This document shows, piece after piece, positions 38,761-52,700 of a stretch of 64,000 nt of DNA (position 1 is the first letter of the stretch; every line of letters starts with the position of its first letter). A program made the position numbers and the translations under genes. The notes below the pieces were generated by a model. The model was not told the DNA's origin, did not search any database, and was given only the letters and a program-made list of their open reading frames with translations. The stretch covers positions 480,001 through 544,000 of the forward strand of contig BK006949.2 in NCBI GenBank assembly GCA_000146045.2, given 5' to 3'. Source of the DNA: TPA_inf: Saccharomyces. Lineage: Eukaryota.

Positions 38761-40233
38761 TGTTCCATTTGCCATTGCCAACTGGACGGCTTGCTTAAAC
38801 GATTCCGATAAGCTCGGATGAGGGAACGGTACTTTACAGACATCATGGGCGGTAAGGCCAAGCGACACCGCCATCGATGCTTGCGACAGCAATTCATTTG
38901 CATCGTCGTTTATCATATGAACGCCTAGTATTTTCATGTCACGAGAATCTATCAGAACTTTAATGAAAGGAGAAACTGTAGTATTCTCTTCCCGTGGTAA
39001 TAACGTGTTATATCTAACGTTCTGTGAGAACAAAACCCTGCCTTTTTGATATGGGATGCGAGCCTTTGCCAACCCCTCCTCAGTGTATCCGACCCAGCCA
39101 ATCTGAGGCTGACAGTACAGCACATTTGGTGGGAAGCCACAATTCGAGGTTCCGTCGGAGCCTGTACAGCCTATTGATTGAATGGCCCTTATAGCTTGTT
39201 CTTCCGCTTTCAGCGCCAGCATGGGGCCCAATGTAACGTCTCCTATGGGTTTAATATGAGGGTACTTTAGCAGACTTTGGGTTTGTACGTCAACATTTTC
39301 TACAAAATCCCGTTCGTCTAGACCAATGCTGGAAATATCTAAACCTTTTAGCAGGGGACGTCTACCAATAGAAACCATCAAGACGTCGCAATGATGTACA
39401 TATGTTTTCTTTGACACCTTGTTAAGCAAGGTGATGTTCAGCTGACCGGCAGCATCGGCTTCCGCGAGCTGCACTCTAGTGTCTAAAAGAAAAGCTATAC
39501 CCTGACACTGCAAGAGGGTCTTCGTGGCAGAAGCCAACTCATTGTCCATATTTTGACAGATCTCGCTTTGAGATTCAACGATAGTAACCCGAGAGCCCAA
39601 ATTATTGAATATGCATGCGATTTCTAGTCCAATTGTACCTCCTCCCATGATAGTAAAACGTGAAGGTATATAATCCAGTGACAATGCCTTATCAGATGAA
39701 ATTATCTTGTCATTATCTATTGCAACACCAGGACACTGAATAACCGCAGATCCGGTCGCCACAACAATATATTTCGCCTCTACGATGAACGGTTTCATGC
39801 CGCGCTGCGCAATCTCAACGTGGTGAGGATCTTTGAAAGCAGCCGTGCCTTTATACACAGTAACATTATTTTTAGATAGCTCACGTTTATACACATTGCC
39901 CAACTCTTCTATATTATGTTTGAGTGCACTCTGGGCCGCCTGCATATCGAATTTTGCAGGAAACAGCCGCGTGCCACGTTGCTCGATAAGTTCTTGCTGT
40001 TGTAGCAGCCGATAAAGATAAGACTCATATAACAAGGTCTTGGACGGGACTGCCCCGTCTACAAGGTAGGCGCCCCCCAGCGAGGCACGCTGGTCAACAC
40101 ATGCTGTGAGCAGGCCTGCTTGCGAAGCCTGCATCGCTGCAGTAAAGCCACCAGGCCCGCAACCAATTACCAGGACATCGTAAACTGCCGCAAAATCCTC
40201 CATCGTGCTTAATATTTCGTCTTCACCTCCCAT
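38734..40233 (-). CDS. IRC15: Irc15, FAD/NAD(P)-binding pyridine-nucleotide-disulfide-oxidoreductase-like protein (499 aa)
   Basis: Rossmann GxGxxG motifs (VIGCGPGG and a second one at MGGGTIGLE). It is lipoamide-dehydrogenase-like but lacks the redox CxxxxC. The ATG at 40231-40233 gives 499 aa. Confidence 0.7.
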   Translation of the reverse strand: MGGEDEILSTMEDFAAVYDVLVIGCGPGGFTAAMQASQAGLLTACVDQRASLGGAYLVDGAVPSKTLLYESYLYRLLQQQELIEQRGTRLFPAKFDMQAAQSALKHNIEELGNVYKRELSKNNVTVYKGTAAFKDPHHVEIAQRGMKPFIVEAKYIVVATGSAVIQCPGVAIDNDKIISSDKALSLDYIPSRFTIMGGGTIGLEIACIFNNLGSRVTIVESQSEICQNMDNELASATKTLLQCQGIAFLLDTRVQLAEADAAGQLNITLLNKVSKKTYVHHCDVLMVSIGRRPLLKGLDISSIGLDERDFVENVDVQTQSLLKYPHIKPIGDVTLGPMLALKAEEQAIRAIQSIGCTGSDGTSNCGFPPNVLYCQPQIGWVGYTEEGLAKARIPYQKGRVLFSQNVRYNTLLPREENTTVSPFIKVLIDSRDMKILGVHMINDDANELLSQASMAVSLGLTAHDVCKVPFPHPSLSESFKQAVQLAMANGTSPGVHVRE

Positions 40234-40952
40234 TACCAAAAATGCTCACCGTTAATTATATCATACTTCTCTTCTCCTCTCGTAAAATCGTGCGCATGTT
40301 AAATAGCCGCCGAAACAGCAGATGCATGCCTGCAGGTCTGGGTGTACCCCCTGCCTGAGTGTTCCACCCAGGCCTCGCCGGAGGAAAATGCCACCGCACT
40401 CAAGTTCGCACAGAAACTACCGCATAAATTTATTCTAACCCGGAACTGACGTTTATCGTGATATGAACTTTGGGTATCTCCGATTACGAAACGACGCCAC
40501 CCCTCCTTCCCCAAAGCACCGAGAAAAGATTTTTTTTAAAACTGAACGCTGATTGACTTTACGTATTATTACCACTATGCATTATTGTTGTTTCTGTTGT
40601 GGTTGTTGCCAGTTGTAATCATATTCACATTGCGTTTTAGTCATAACCACCTTCCGGTATTCATCATTCGTATTGAATAACAATATTTATACCGCAAAAC
40701 ACTATACGGCAAGGCAACTGATTACACTTTGTTTACCTTATTTTTTTATTATTTATTTTTCTAGAAAGTATTGTTGTGTGGCTCTATCCTTATTACACCA
40801 TCTCTGCTTTGGCATTTCGCGTTGTTTCCTCTCACGGATTGCAGATTATTGTTCACCAGGTAATAATCACTGACTGGCGGCTATTTTCCTATTACACTCA
40901 TTATTCTTAAAATTTTCTTTTTCTATCTCTATTTTCTTTCTTTTCGTGTCTT

Positions 40953-40983
<31 letters not shown>
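40953..40983. repeat. (TAA)10 microsatellite directly 5' of the SWI1 ATG
   Basis: ataataataataataataataataataa read directly. Confidence 0.9.
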
Positions 40984-41013
40984 TAGTAATAATAAAAATA
41001 GTAATAAATAAAG

Positions 41014-41093
41014 ATGGATTTCTTTAATTTGAATAATAATAATAATAATAATAATACTACTACTACTACTACTACTACCAATAACAATAATAC

Positions 41094-41124
<31 letters not shown>

Positions 41125-44100
41125 CCTGCTAATAATACCAATAACAACAATAGCACAGGCCATAGTAGTAATACTAATAACAATACTAATAACAACAATA
41201 CGAATACCGGAGCCAGTGGTGTAGACGATTTTCAGAATTTTTTCGACCCAAAACCTTTTGACCAGAATTTGGATTCCAACAATAACAACAGTAATAGTAA
41301 TAACAATGATAACAATAACAGTAACACGGTAGCCTCCAGCACGAACTTTACTTCTCCAACAGCAGTCGTTAATAATGCCGCTCCTGCTAATGTTACCGGT
41401 GGAAAAGCTGCTAATTTCATTCAGAACCAGTCTCCCCAATTCAATTCTCCATATGACTCAAACAATTCCAACACAAATTTAAACAGCCTGTCTCCTCAGG
41501 CTATTTTAGCCAAGAATTCAATCATTGATTCTTCCAATTTACCTCTTCAAGCTCAACAACAGCTATATGGCGGTAACAATAATAATAATAGCACCGGAAT
41601 TGCGAACGATAATGTAATAACACCCCATTTTATCACCAATGTTCAATCCATCAGTCAAAATTCCTCATCTTCTACTCCGAACACAAACTCTAACTCTACT
41701 CCGAATGCAAATCAACAATTTTTGCCATTCAATAACAGTGCTTCCAATAATGGTAATTTGACGTCTAACCAGCTTATTTCTAATTACGCTGCTTCAAATT
41801 CAATGGACAGATCATCCTCTGCAAGCAATGAATTTGTTCCGAACACAAGTGACAACAACAACAACAGTAATAACCATAATATGCGTAATAACAGCAATAA
41901 TAAAACGAGCAATAACAATAATGTCACTGCCGTGCCTGCTGCAACTCCCGCTAATACCAATAATTCAACTTCAAACGCAAATACAGTGTTCTCTGAAAGA
42001 GCTGCAATGTTTGCCGCTTTGCAGCAAAAGCAGCAGCAACGTTTTCAGGCTCTACAGCAGCAGCAGCAGCAGCAACAAAATCAACAACAGCAAAATCAAC
42101 AACCACAACAGCAACAACAGCAACAACAGAATCCCAAATTTTTGCAGAGTCAACGGCAGCAACAACAAAGATCTATTTTACAAAGTCTGAACCCGGCATT
42201 ACAAGAGAAAATATCTACTGAATTGAATAACAAACAATATGAACTTTTTATGAAATCTTTGATTGAAAACTGTAAAAAAAGAAATATGCCGTTACAATCA
42301 ATACCAGAAATCGGCAACAGAAAAATAAATCTTTTTTATCTTTATATGTTGGTTCAAAAATTCGGTGGTGCAGATCAAGTAACAAGGACCCAACAGTGGT
42401 CTATGGTGGCCCAAAGGCTGCAAATTTCCGATTACCAACAATTAGAATCAATCTATTTTAGAATTTTATTACCTTACGAAAGACACATGATTTCCCAAGA
42501 AGGTATAAAGGAAACTCAAGCGAAAAGAATATTCTTGCAACAGTTCTTACAAGAACTATTGAAGAAAGTTCAACAACAGCAGCAGGCCGCTGCATTGGCC
42601 AATGCCAACAATAACATTAATAGTGCATCGTCAGCACCAACCCCCGCGGCTCCTGGCGCGTCCGTTCCTGCTACAGCAGCACCAGGAACAGAAGCAGGGA
42701 TCGTTCCGGTTTCAGCAAACACTCCAAAAAGCTTGAATAGCAATATTAATATCAACGTAAATAATAACAATATTGGCCAACAGCAAGTTAAGAAGCCAAG
42801 AAAGCAAAGAGTGAAAAAAAAGACCAAAAAGGAATTGGAACTAGAACGTAAAGAAAGGGAGGATTTTCAGAAACGACAACAAAAACTTTTAGAGGATCAA
42901 CAAAGGCAACAGAAATTGCTATTAGAGACAAAATTACGTCAACAATATGAAATCGAACTAAAAAAATTGCCTAAAGTCTACAAGAGATCAATTGTTAGGA
43001 ACTACAAACCCCTAATCAACCGCCTCAAGCATTACAATGGTTACGATATCAATTACATCTCTAAAATAGGAGAGAAAATAGATTCCAACAAGCCAATTTT
43101 TCTCTTCGCGCCAGAGTTAGGTGCAATTAATTTACATGCTTTATCAATGTCCCTCCAATCGAAGAATCTTGGAGAAATAAACACCGCCTTGAACACCTTG
43201 TTGGTCACAAGCGCTGACTCGAACTTAAAAATATCTCTGGTCAAATACCCTGAATTATTAGACTCCTTGGCAATACTCGGCATGAATTTACTGTCAAATT
43301 TGTCACAAAATGTTGTTCCATACCATCGAAACACTTCTGACTATTATTATGAGGATGCTGGATCAAATCAATACTATGTTACCCAACACGATAAAATGGT
43401 TGATAAAATTTTTGAAAAGGTAAACAACAACGCTACACTTACACCGAATGATTCTAACGATGAAAAAGTCACTATCCTGGTAGATTCTTTAACAGGTAAT
43501 CAATTGCCCACCCCTACTCCTACTGAAATGGAGCCTGATCTCGACACTGAATGTTTTATAAGTATGCAGTCGACATCTCCCGCAGTTAAACAGTGGGACT
43601 TATTGCCTGAACCAATAAGATTCCTCCCTAACCAATTTCCTTTGAAAATTCACAGAACTCCTTATTTGACTTCTTTGAAAAAAATCAAGGATGAAATTGA
43701 TGATCCATTTACAAAAATAAATACCAGAGGGGCAGAGGATCCCAAAGTTCTGATTAACGATCAACTGTCTACCATCTCGATGATTTTGAGGAATATTTCA
43801 TTCTCCGATAACAACTCCAGAATCATGTCGAGAAATTTTTACCTAAAGAGATTTATATCTGATCTACTTTGGTTAGTCTTAATCCATCCAGAAAACTTTA
43901 CATGCAATAGGAAAATACTAAATTTCAAGAAGGATTTGGTTATTGTTTTATCAAATATTTCTCATTTATTAGAGATCGCTTCGTCCATTGATTGCTTGTT
44001 AATTCTTATTCTAGTCATAAGTTTTGGTCAACCAAAACTCAATCCAATGGCGTCTTCGTCATCATTTGGCTCTGAATCTTTGACCTTCAACGAATTCCAG

Positions 44101-44958
44101 TTGCAATGGGGAAAATATCAAACTTTCGGTGTAGATATTTTGGCCAAATTATTTTCATTGGAAAAACCGAACCTAAATTATTTCAAATCAATCCTTCTGA
44201 ACAAAAACACAGGTAACAACCTCTATGATCGCAACAGTAACAACAACCACAAGGACAAAAAGTTGTTACGAAGACTTTTGAATTTATACAATGATAACAA
44301 TAAAAATAATAACAATAGGCACAACTTGCTAAATGATGTGGTTTCGTTTTTATTTTCTGCCATACCGCTGCAGCAAGTGTTATCGCAATCAGCTGATCCA
44401 AGTTTGCTGATCGACCAATTTTCTCCGGTAATTTCTCAGAGTCTAACTAGCATCTTAGTCATTGTACAAAAAATATTGCCGTTATCCAATGAAGTATTTG
44501 AAATCAGTGAGAATAATTCAGACAGTAACAGTAACAATAACGGCAACAAAGATTCTAGCTTCAATTTCAACAAGAATTTACCATTTGTGTGGTTGAGCTC
44601 TGAAGAAAATATTGGATCTGGACTATTGAAGTTAAGTGAGATAATATTGAATATTAACAATTCCACAAGTAAGAATACTTTGTTACAGCAACAAAATTAT
44701 TCAAAGGTGCTCCTACCGTCAATTAACATATCCTGTGTTCAGTTAATCAAATGTTTGGTTGAAAAAAGTATTTGTTTTGAAAACTGCCTAAACAACGACC
44801 CGGAAATATTAAAAAAAATAGCATCGATTCCAAATTTGTTCCCCACGGATTTAGAAATTTTCCAGTTATTCACTAATCCATCAGTTGATATTCAAATAAT
44901 AAACCAGTATCAATTACTTTACAATTTAAAAAATGATATCCTAACCAATTTGGAATGA
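41014..44958 (+). CDS. SWI1: Swi1, SWI/SNF chromatin-remodelling complex subunit (1314 aa) with an Asn/Thr-rich N-terminus, poly-Q stretches and an ARID domain
   Basis: Begins MDFFNLNNNNNNNNTTTTTTTT... with an extreme N/Q-rich N-terminal third, the known prion-forming region. The 1314-aa length matches. Confidence 0.9.
41029..41150 (+). repeat. SWI1: (AAT)n/(ACT)n trinucleotide tract encoding poly-Asn and poly-Thr in Swi1
   Basis: Read directly. Confidence 0.9.
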
Positions 44959-45809
44959 TGCGATTTTTTTAAACAATATTCTTTTACTGCTTATTTCTTC
45001 CTTGCGCACTATTTTCTTTTTATAAACCTATATAAAATGTTGTAACTAATATAATAGACCTTATGGAAACAATACAGTCGGAAGAGCGCCTTTAGTGCCA
45101 AAAGCCCAAATGAACGTATAGCTGCCATGAAGTCACATCTTGGGCGGCTCAACTAAACAATGGTTTTAGTAACTTCCCACTGGTCCCGTCGCGGCTACAA
45201 AAATTCCTTGAAATTGTATAAAGGAGTTTATGACTCCATTTCAGGCAGTAAATACAATTCATACACACCACACATACATTCAGAGTTAACGTTCGCTATA
45301 ATAAAACGGTAGAGAGTCAGATGTGGAGTCAGCGTGGGGGGTGGGGTAACACTCCACCTTTGAAAACGGTGTGACTTCGCCCTTTCGATGGGAGGAGGTA
45401 AAGCTCAAATAGGACAGAATCATCCAAGAAAATTTCAAGCTGCCCACAAAGTCAAGATCGCTTCAGAAGCTGTTCGGCGCAGTATTGAGATGAATTGGCT
45501 GCATTGACGGTTCGGGAACCCATTCTACTTATCTATATATTCTGAGTACTTATCCAGAAAGAGAAAAAAGTCAGCTGGCGCCGTATTTTTTATCAAACCT
45601 AATTGGCTAAAGTAGAATTGCACGTCAGAGCTTACAAATTTTTCGATATCTATAAGGGGGTGGGGGGAAAGAATATGTATGCAATGTCAAACGCGTAGGA
45701 AAGCCAAGCTCAATTACGCGTCTCTTTTATTTTTAAACTATCAAATTGCCGCGCATGCTAGATGAATAAGGAAAAAAAAAGGGGGACGGAAAACATTGCA
45801 ACCAACACA

Positions 45810-47000
<1,191 letters not shown>

Positions 47001-47546
47001 CTATTCCTTATTCTTAAGATCGGCGAAGCTAACAGAGTTAATGCTGGGCCATAGCTGGACGGCAGAAAGCACGCAGGCAGGGGGCCTCTGCGTAGGGCGG
47101 GAGACGCCTCCGTAAGGAAAACGGCGCGGGAAGGGCGGCTTCTTACTACATTTTTTTGCCACTCCGGAACTCGCGCAGGGGGAAGACATATGCCCACTTT
47201 GGGAAATAGAAATGGTCATTTTAAGCTCAAGTGAAGCGAAAAAAGGAGGTATACTCCTTTACGCGTCACCCAATCTGGATAGGCACGTCAAACTCATTAG
47301 GTCTCATCAAGAACTAGTGTAGAAATGACGCTTGAACTCCGAACTTTAAACAAAGTTCTGTTTTTGTTTCTGTTTCTGTTTCCTGTTGCTGTCTCTGTTT
47401 CTATTTTTTTCGTATAGCTCTATTTCCCTTGTAGATAAACATATATAAGAATGCTATTATAGAAGCGTGTATTTTCCTCCCCCTAGCTTCAACCTGTAAT
47501 TCCCTTCTTAGTAAAGCGAACTAGAACCAGTTTAATAGGATATAGA

Positions 47547-48692
47547 ATGCTGCTGGAAAGATTGCACAAGAGATTACACGCCGGCTCTTCTAGGCGATCT
47601 CAAGAAAATAAGGACAAGAATTGCAAGCCCGAAGACGCGTTGCCCATCCAACCAGAAGCTCAACATCAAACTCAGGACCCTCAGCCGTTGTTAAATTGTG
47701 ATTACGATGACATGATTGCATTTGACAGAAACTTGTCCACTCCCGTTTTCACTCCGGTAATGACTCCTATAAATAATAGCAGCTCCAATCAGGCGAAAAG
47801 CTCGGATGCCTCGTATTTTCCACCTTACCTCAATGCTAATAGAACCAGACAGAATAGCGCCTCTTCGCTGGCGAGTTCCGTTTCCGATTTCGCTCAGAAT
47901 TTCAAACAACATACCTTTTACAACAATAACGCTCAATTCACTTCGTTCACACCGCAGTTTGTCGGCCTTCTATTAGAAGTTTACCAAAACACGTGCAGCG
48001 ATCCTACGATAACTCCGTTTGATACTACAAACCCTCCCTCAGGAATATTGAATAGAGTTGCCAAAGCGGCTATACAGCAATCTGAGCTTCAACAATTGGA
48101 TATCGGATGTGACAGAAATAGCTGGCTTTTAACATTGGTAAGACAGCGCTTGTTGCAAGAGGTCAGAAAAGACGGCTATCTTTCTCGTAACACTTCTTTA
48201 ACTTCTTTACCCCCACCACCCCCACCACAGTTTTCTGAAATGCTTAGAGTTCCCTCCCCGTTTGTTAACGCAGATATTACCGATCCAATCCCCTTATCAA
48301 ACACAAACTCGAATCCGAATGTAAGCTCTACTACCAGCCTGACCAACACGTTGAACTGGTATTCCTTACAAAGATCCAACGTCTCAATGAAGAATAGAAA
48401 TGGCTCGTCCCAGTATATTTCAGAATTACAACCACAACCTATCTTAGCCCGCACAAATTCTAACAATAGTGTTAGCAACAGTAATGCCTTTTCTTTACTC
48501 ACGCCAACGCCTACAACAGATTCCGCATTTAATTTTAACATAGCTCTGCTATCGAGACAACGTAGCAATATCATATCGTCCCCCTTAGCTAGTACTCGTT
48601 TACCTACAGCAAACGTGTCCACTGAAGAATCCTCTATTTTACCAAATGAATCATTGAAGCTAAAAAGAGATTTATTGCGTCTTAAAAGGTAA
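47547..48692 (+). CDS. CIP1: Cip1 (YPL014W), Cdk1-interacting protein (381 aa), by synteny
   Basis: The 381-aa length and position match. Low-complexity Ser/Asn/Pro-rich sequence with no enzymatic motif. Confidence 0.6.
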   Translation: MLLERLHKRLHAGSSRRSQENKDKNCKPEDALPIQPEAQHQTQDPQPLLNCDYDDMIAFDRNLSTPVFTPVMTPINNSSSNQAKSSDASYFPPYLNANRTRQNSASSLASSVSDFAQNFKQHTFYNNNAQFTSFTPQFVGLLLEVYQNTCSDPTITPFDTTNPPSGILNRVAKAAIQQSELQQLDIGCDRNSWLLTLVRQRLLQEVRKDGYLSRNTSLTSLPPPPPPQFSEMLRVPSPFVNADITDPIPLSNTNSNPNVSSTTSLTNTLNWYSLQRSNVSMKNRNGSSQYISELQPQPILARTNSNNSVSNSNAFSLLTPTPTTDSAFNFNIALLSRQRSNIISSPLASTRLPTANVSTEESSILPNESLKLKRDLLRLKR

Positions 48693-48984
48693 ATAGTGCC
48701 GAACAGTCAGGAGCACACAATACATGACCTATAATGACACTATCTTAATGAAATTCTATTACACTTTCTCTTTTCTTCACATTCGATTAAGAATTTAATT
48801 TATTCCATTTCAAGTCTCATTCTCCATTTTCTGGTTGGCCATAGATGTATTATTTACAAGTCTGATAGATATAAAAGCGCCAAGTAAAACATATATACAA
48901 CATATACATATACACCTCGCATCAATTAAAACACGTTCCTTTGCTTTCCTTTCTTTTTCTTTTTTTTTTTTTTTCCGATCTTTT

Positions 48985-49362
<378 letters not shown>

Positions 49363-49505
49363 CTATTACAATTTCTTAACGGAATACCAGTCAGAACTCC
49401 TCCGTTACTTAAGTCGTGTATATATTCCCCTTCCTTTTTTCTTACAACTGTTCTTGGTGTACTATTTCATTTTTTCCGTCCTGAATGATAGATGATCATA
49501 ATTAG

Positions 49506-49566
49506 TGAAAATTTTTCTTTTCGCTGCAGTGTTTAAAATTTTAATTATATCATCTCATCTCATCGC
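49506..49566. promoter_or_regulatory. RRPE-like TGAAAATTTTTC (49506-49517) plus PAC element CTCATCGC, the reverse complement of GCGATGAG (49559-49566), about 160-220 bp upstream of RRP12
   Basis: Together the two motifs are the signature promoter architecture of ribosome-biogenesis genes, and RRP12 is one. Confidence 0.45.
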
Positions 49567-49722
49567 GCAATTAGAACTTCCTCGGTCGCAGTTAATTCTC
49601 TCAGAGAAGAGTTTTAGTTTGAAAAGGTTCAACTTATTTTTTTACTGATTGAATTCAACCAGGTAATTTCTAGATTTTGAACAGCATCTCGCGAATTGAA
49701 TCAGCAAATCTCAGAGTTCATC

Positions 49723-52700
49723 ATGGATCAAGACAAAGTTGCTTTTCTTTTAGAGCTGGAGGACAAGCTGGCTAAAATTCGTTCCCAAGTAAACTCTAAA
49801 TTGGAGAATCAAAAGCATATTGCTATAATATTAACTGCCGTTGAGGAAAATATTGCAGGTCAAGCTACAAATGATGTTTCAAAAAACATTGTAAATTATA
49901 TCATTTCCTTTATGTCACTATTGGATCAAGCAGTAGACCCATCTACTCATGAAATAAAAGATATTCAATTGGCTTCCTCATCTACATATCTTCTAGATCT
50001 GATATTTCATTATTCGCCTAAGGTATTATTAAGATCGAAGTTTTCTGAAATCCTAACGAAAATTGCCCCATGTATCACTGCAGAAAAGGCTAATGCCCCT
50101 CTAATTAGAGCTGCTATTGGTTGTTTAGAATCTCTTCTTATTGCTCAAGATGCACAAGCCTGGAACAATACTTATGATCTAAACGTCACTCCAAAAAGAG
50201 GTTTGCAGGGTATACTTGAACTTTCTTTAGATGTAAGACCAAAAGTTAGAAAGAGAGCGCTAGATGCAGTTCATGCGGTCTTATTAAACCCTCCTGTTGC
50301 ACCAACTGCAGAGCATGTAGCGGCAGTTTTTGTAGCAGATTTCTGTGACAAGCAGTTAGCAGGTATTTTAAATGATCTCTCGAATTTATCAAATAAACAA
50401 TTGAAAGCACAGAAAACAAAGGAAGACATTAACGCTAGTGTCATGCGCTCTCTAAGGTTGATTACTTCAGTCGTCTCTACTGGACAGTGGCCATCTTCAC
50501 AGATTGAGCCTCTTTGTGATGTACTATTGGGAGTCACCAAAAGCTCAGAGCAATATCTCGTTTCTGCATCATTTGAATGTTTTGAAAGCATGTTCAAAAC
50601 AATGGCAGAAACTACCATTTCTTCTGGATTGGCTGAAAATAAGTACCTAAGAGTCTTGGATACCATTTTTGCATTAAAACCCTCAAATGTCGATACATTA
50701 TTAACCAAGTCCTGGATTGCTGTGGTCATTAAGGGTATGTCCACTTACGCAACACATCAACCACTGAAAGCGCTACGTAAAATTCCTGGTGTATTTCACA
50801 TTATGTGCACATATTTAGCTAGTGAAACTCCAGAAGTGTACCAAGCTGCCTCTCAATGTCTTATCTCAATCCTTTCTGAGTCTGTTAAAGATGATTTGTT
50901 ATTGTATACACCAAGTGTGGATGAGAAAGTTTTCAAAAACGTAGATGAAATCATCTCTCAAATTGCGAAAACATTTATCGACTTTTTATCCATTAGATAT
51001 TCCCATTGTTCCAGAGAAATTCTTAAGATTTTGGTGGCAGCATTCAACAAATTCAGATATAGATCTAATCCTCACTTTTTAAAATCACTGAAAATAGTCG
51101 ATACATGGAGAGTAAATGAAGAACAGTTTATGGATTTGAGAAATGAAATCGAATTAGTAATCGGAGCCTCCATTTCTGCTATGGGCCCTGAAATGATACT
51201 CGCAGAAGCACCCCTGAATTTAGACAATCCATCTTCCGAAAGACCTGGCAGGGCTTGGTTGTTACCGCTTATTAGAGATTATACGAAAAATGCGAACCTT
51301 GCAACTTTTCAAAACGAATTGGCACCATACATTAAAAGTTTTCAATCTAAGTTCGATAAAGTCCCGGAAGAATCTATTCAATTGAGAGTTTTTCAAACTA
51401 TTGTTGACCAAATCTGGTCTACACTTCCACGGTTTTGTGAACTCCCAATGGACTTGAGGGAATCCTTCACTGACGAATTTGCCTCAGAACTATCTTCTTT
51501 ATTATACAGCGAGGTTGAGTTAAGAACTACAATTTGTCATGCTTTAAAGGTCTTGGCAGAAAGCAATGTTTCATATGCCGAAGAGTCCTCTTCTCACAAC
51601 GTTTTATTGTTGCAACGTTTCCCCATTTCTGAAGCTCAAAAGAATATAGAATACCTTTCAACCAAATCAACGAATCTTCTAGCAGTTTTGTTCAATGTTT
51701 ATACTCAAACCACTCCAAATGCAAGGAGTTATATTTTGGAAACGATTGATCAATATTTAAAGATTACTTCAAAGGAAGATTTGGAGAAAACTTTCAACAA
51801 CGTATGTGGTCTTTTGAAGAATTCTATGAATGAAGAAAGTAGCGGAAATGTGAACAAAGAAAAGAAAAAGCCTCAATTGACAGCGACACTATTGGACTTA
51901 ATCATATGTATGATAACATACTTACCTGTCTCGTCTTATTCTGCTTTATTCTCAATGTTTAGCCTCACCGTAAATTCTGCTGACGCGCTAATTCAAAAAA
52001 GAGCTTATAGAATTATTACAAAGCTTTCTGAGTTGAAATCGGGATCAACAGCTGTCGCCCAATTCATTTCGGATATTGAGAATGTCATGGTAGATAGCGC
52101 CTCCTCTGTTCAAACATCTGCTAAAGCTGCAAGATTAACAGCAATTAAAACCATAGTAGAATTATTACCTTTAGATCATCTTGATTTCATTGTTAGAACC
52201 GTCGCTGAGGTTATTTTGAGTACAAAGGATGTGAATGAAAAATCTAGAGAGACCGCTTTTGATACTTTAATTTGTATGGGAAGAAAAATGAATGAGCCAA
52301 ATGGTATTATCAAATTATTCCAAATACCAGGTTATGATCCTACCACTCCAGATCAATCGTCGTCAATATCAGAGTTTTTTAAGATCATTTCTGCCGGTCT
52401 TATTGGTGAATCTCAACATATGGTTAGTAGTTCAATTACGGGTTATGCTTGTTTAGTTTTTGAATTCAAAAATGAACTCGATTCCGGTATACTAATGGAT
52501 ATATATGACACCATTGAATTGTACTTAACTTCTAACTCTAGGGAAATTGTAAAAAGCGCCATTGGGTTTACCAAGGTTTGTGTTTTGGGGCTTCCAGAAG
52601 AACTGATGAGGCCAAAGGTGCCAGAGTTACTTCTAAAGTTATTAAGATGGTCTCACGAACACACTGGTCATTTCAAAGCCAAAGTCAAGCATATTATTGA

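Noticed and set aside
40929-41439. Minus-strand ORFs (89-162 aa; poly-Leu, poly-Ile, poly-Tyr) across the SWI1 N-terminus.
   Set aside because: They are the reverse-complement reading of the AAT/ATT trinucleotide repeat and have no biological plausibility.
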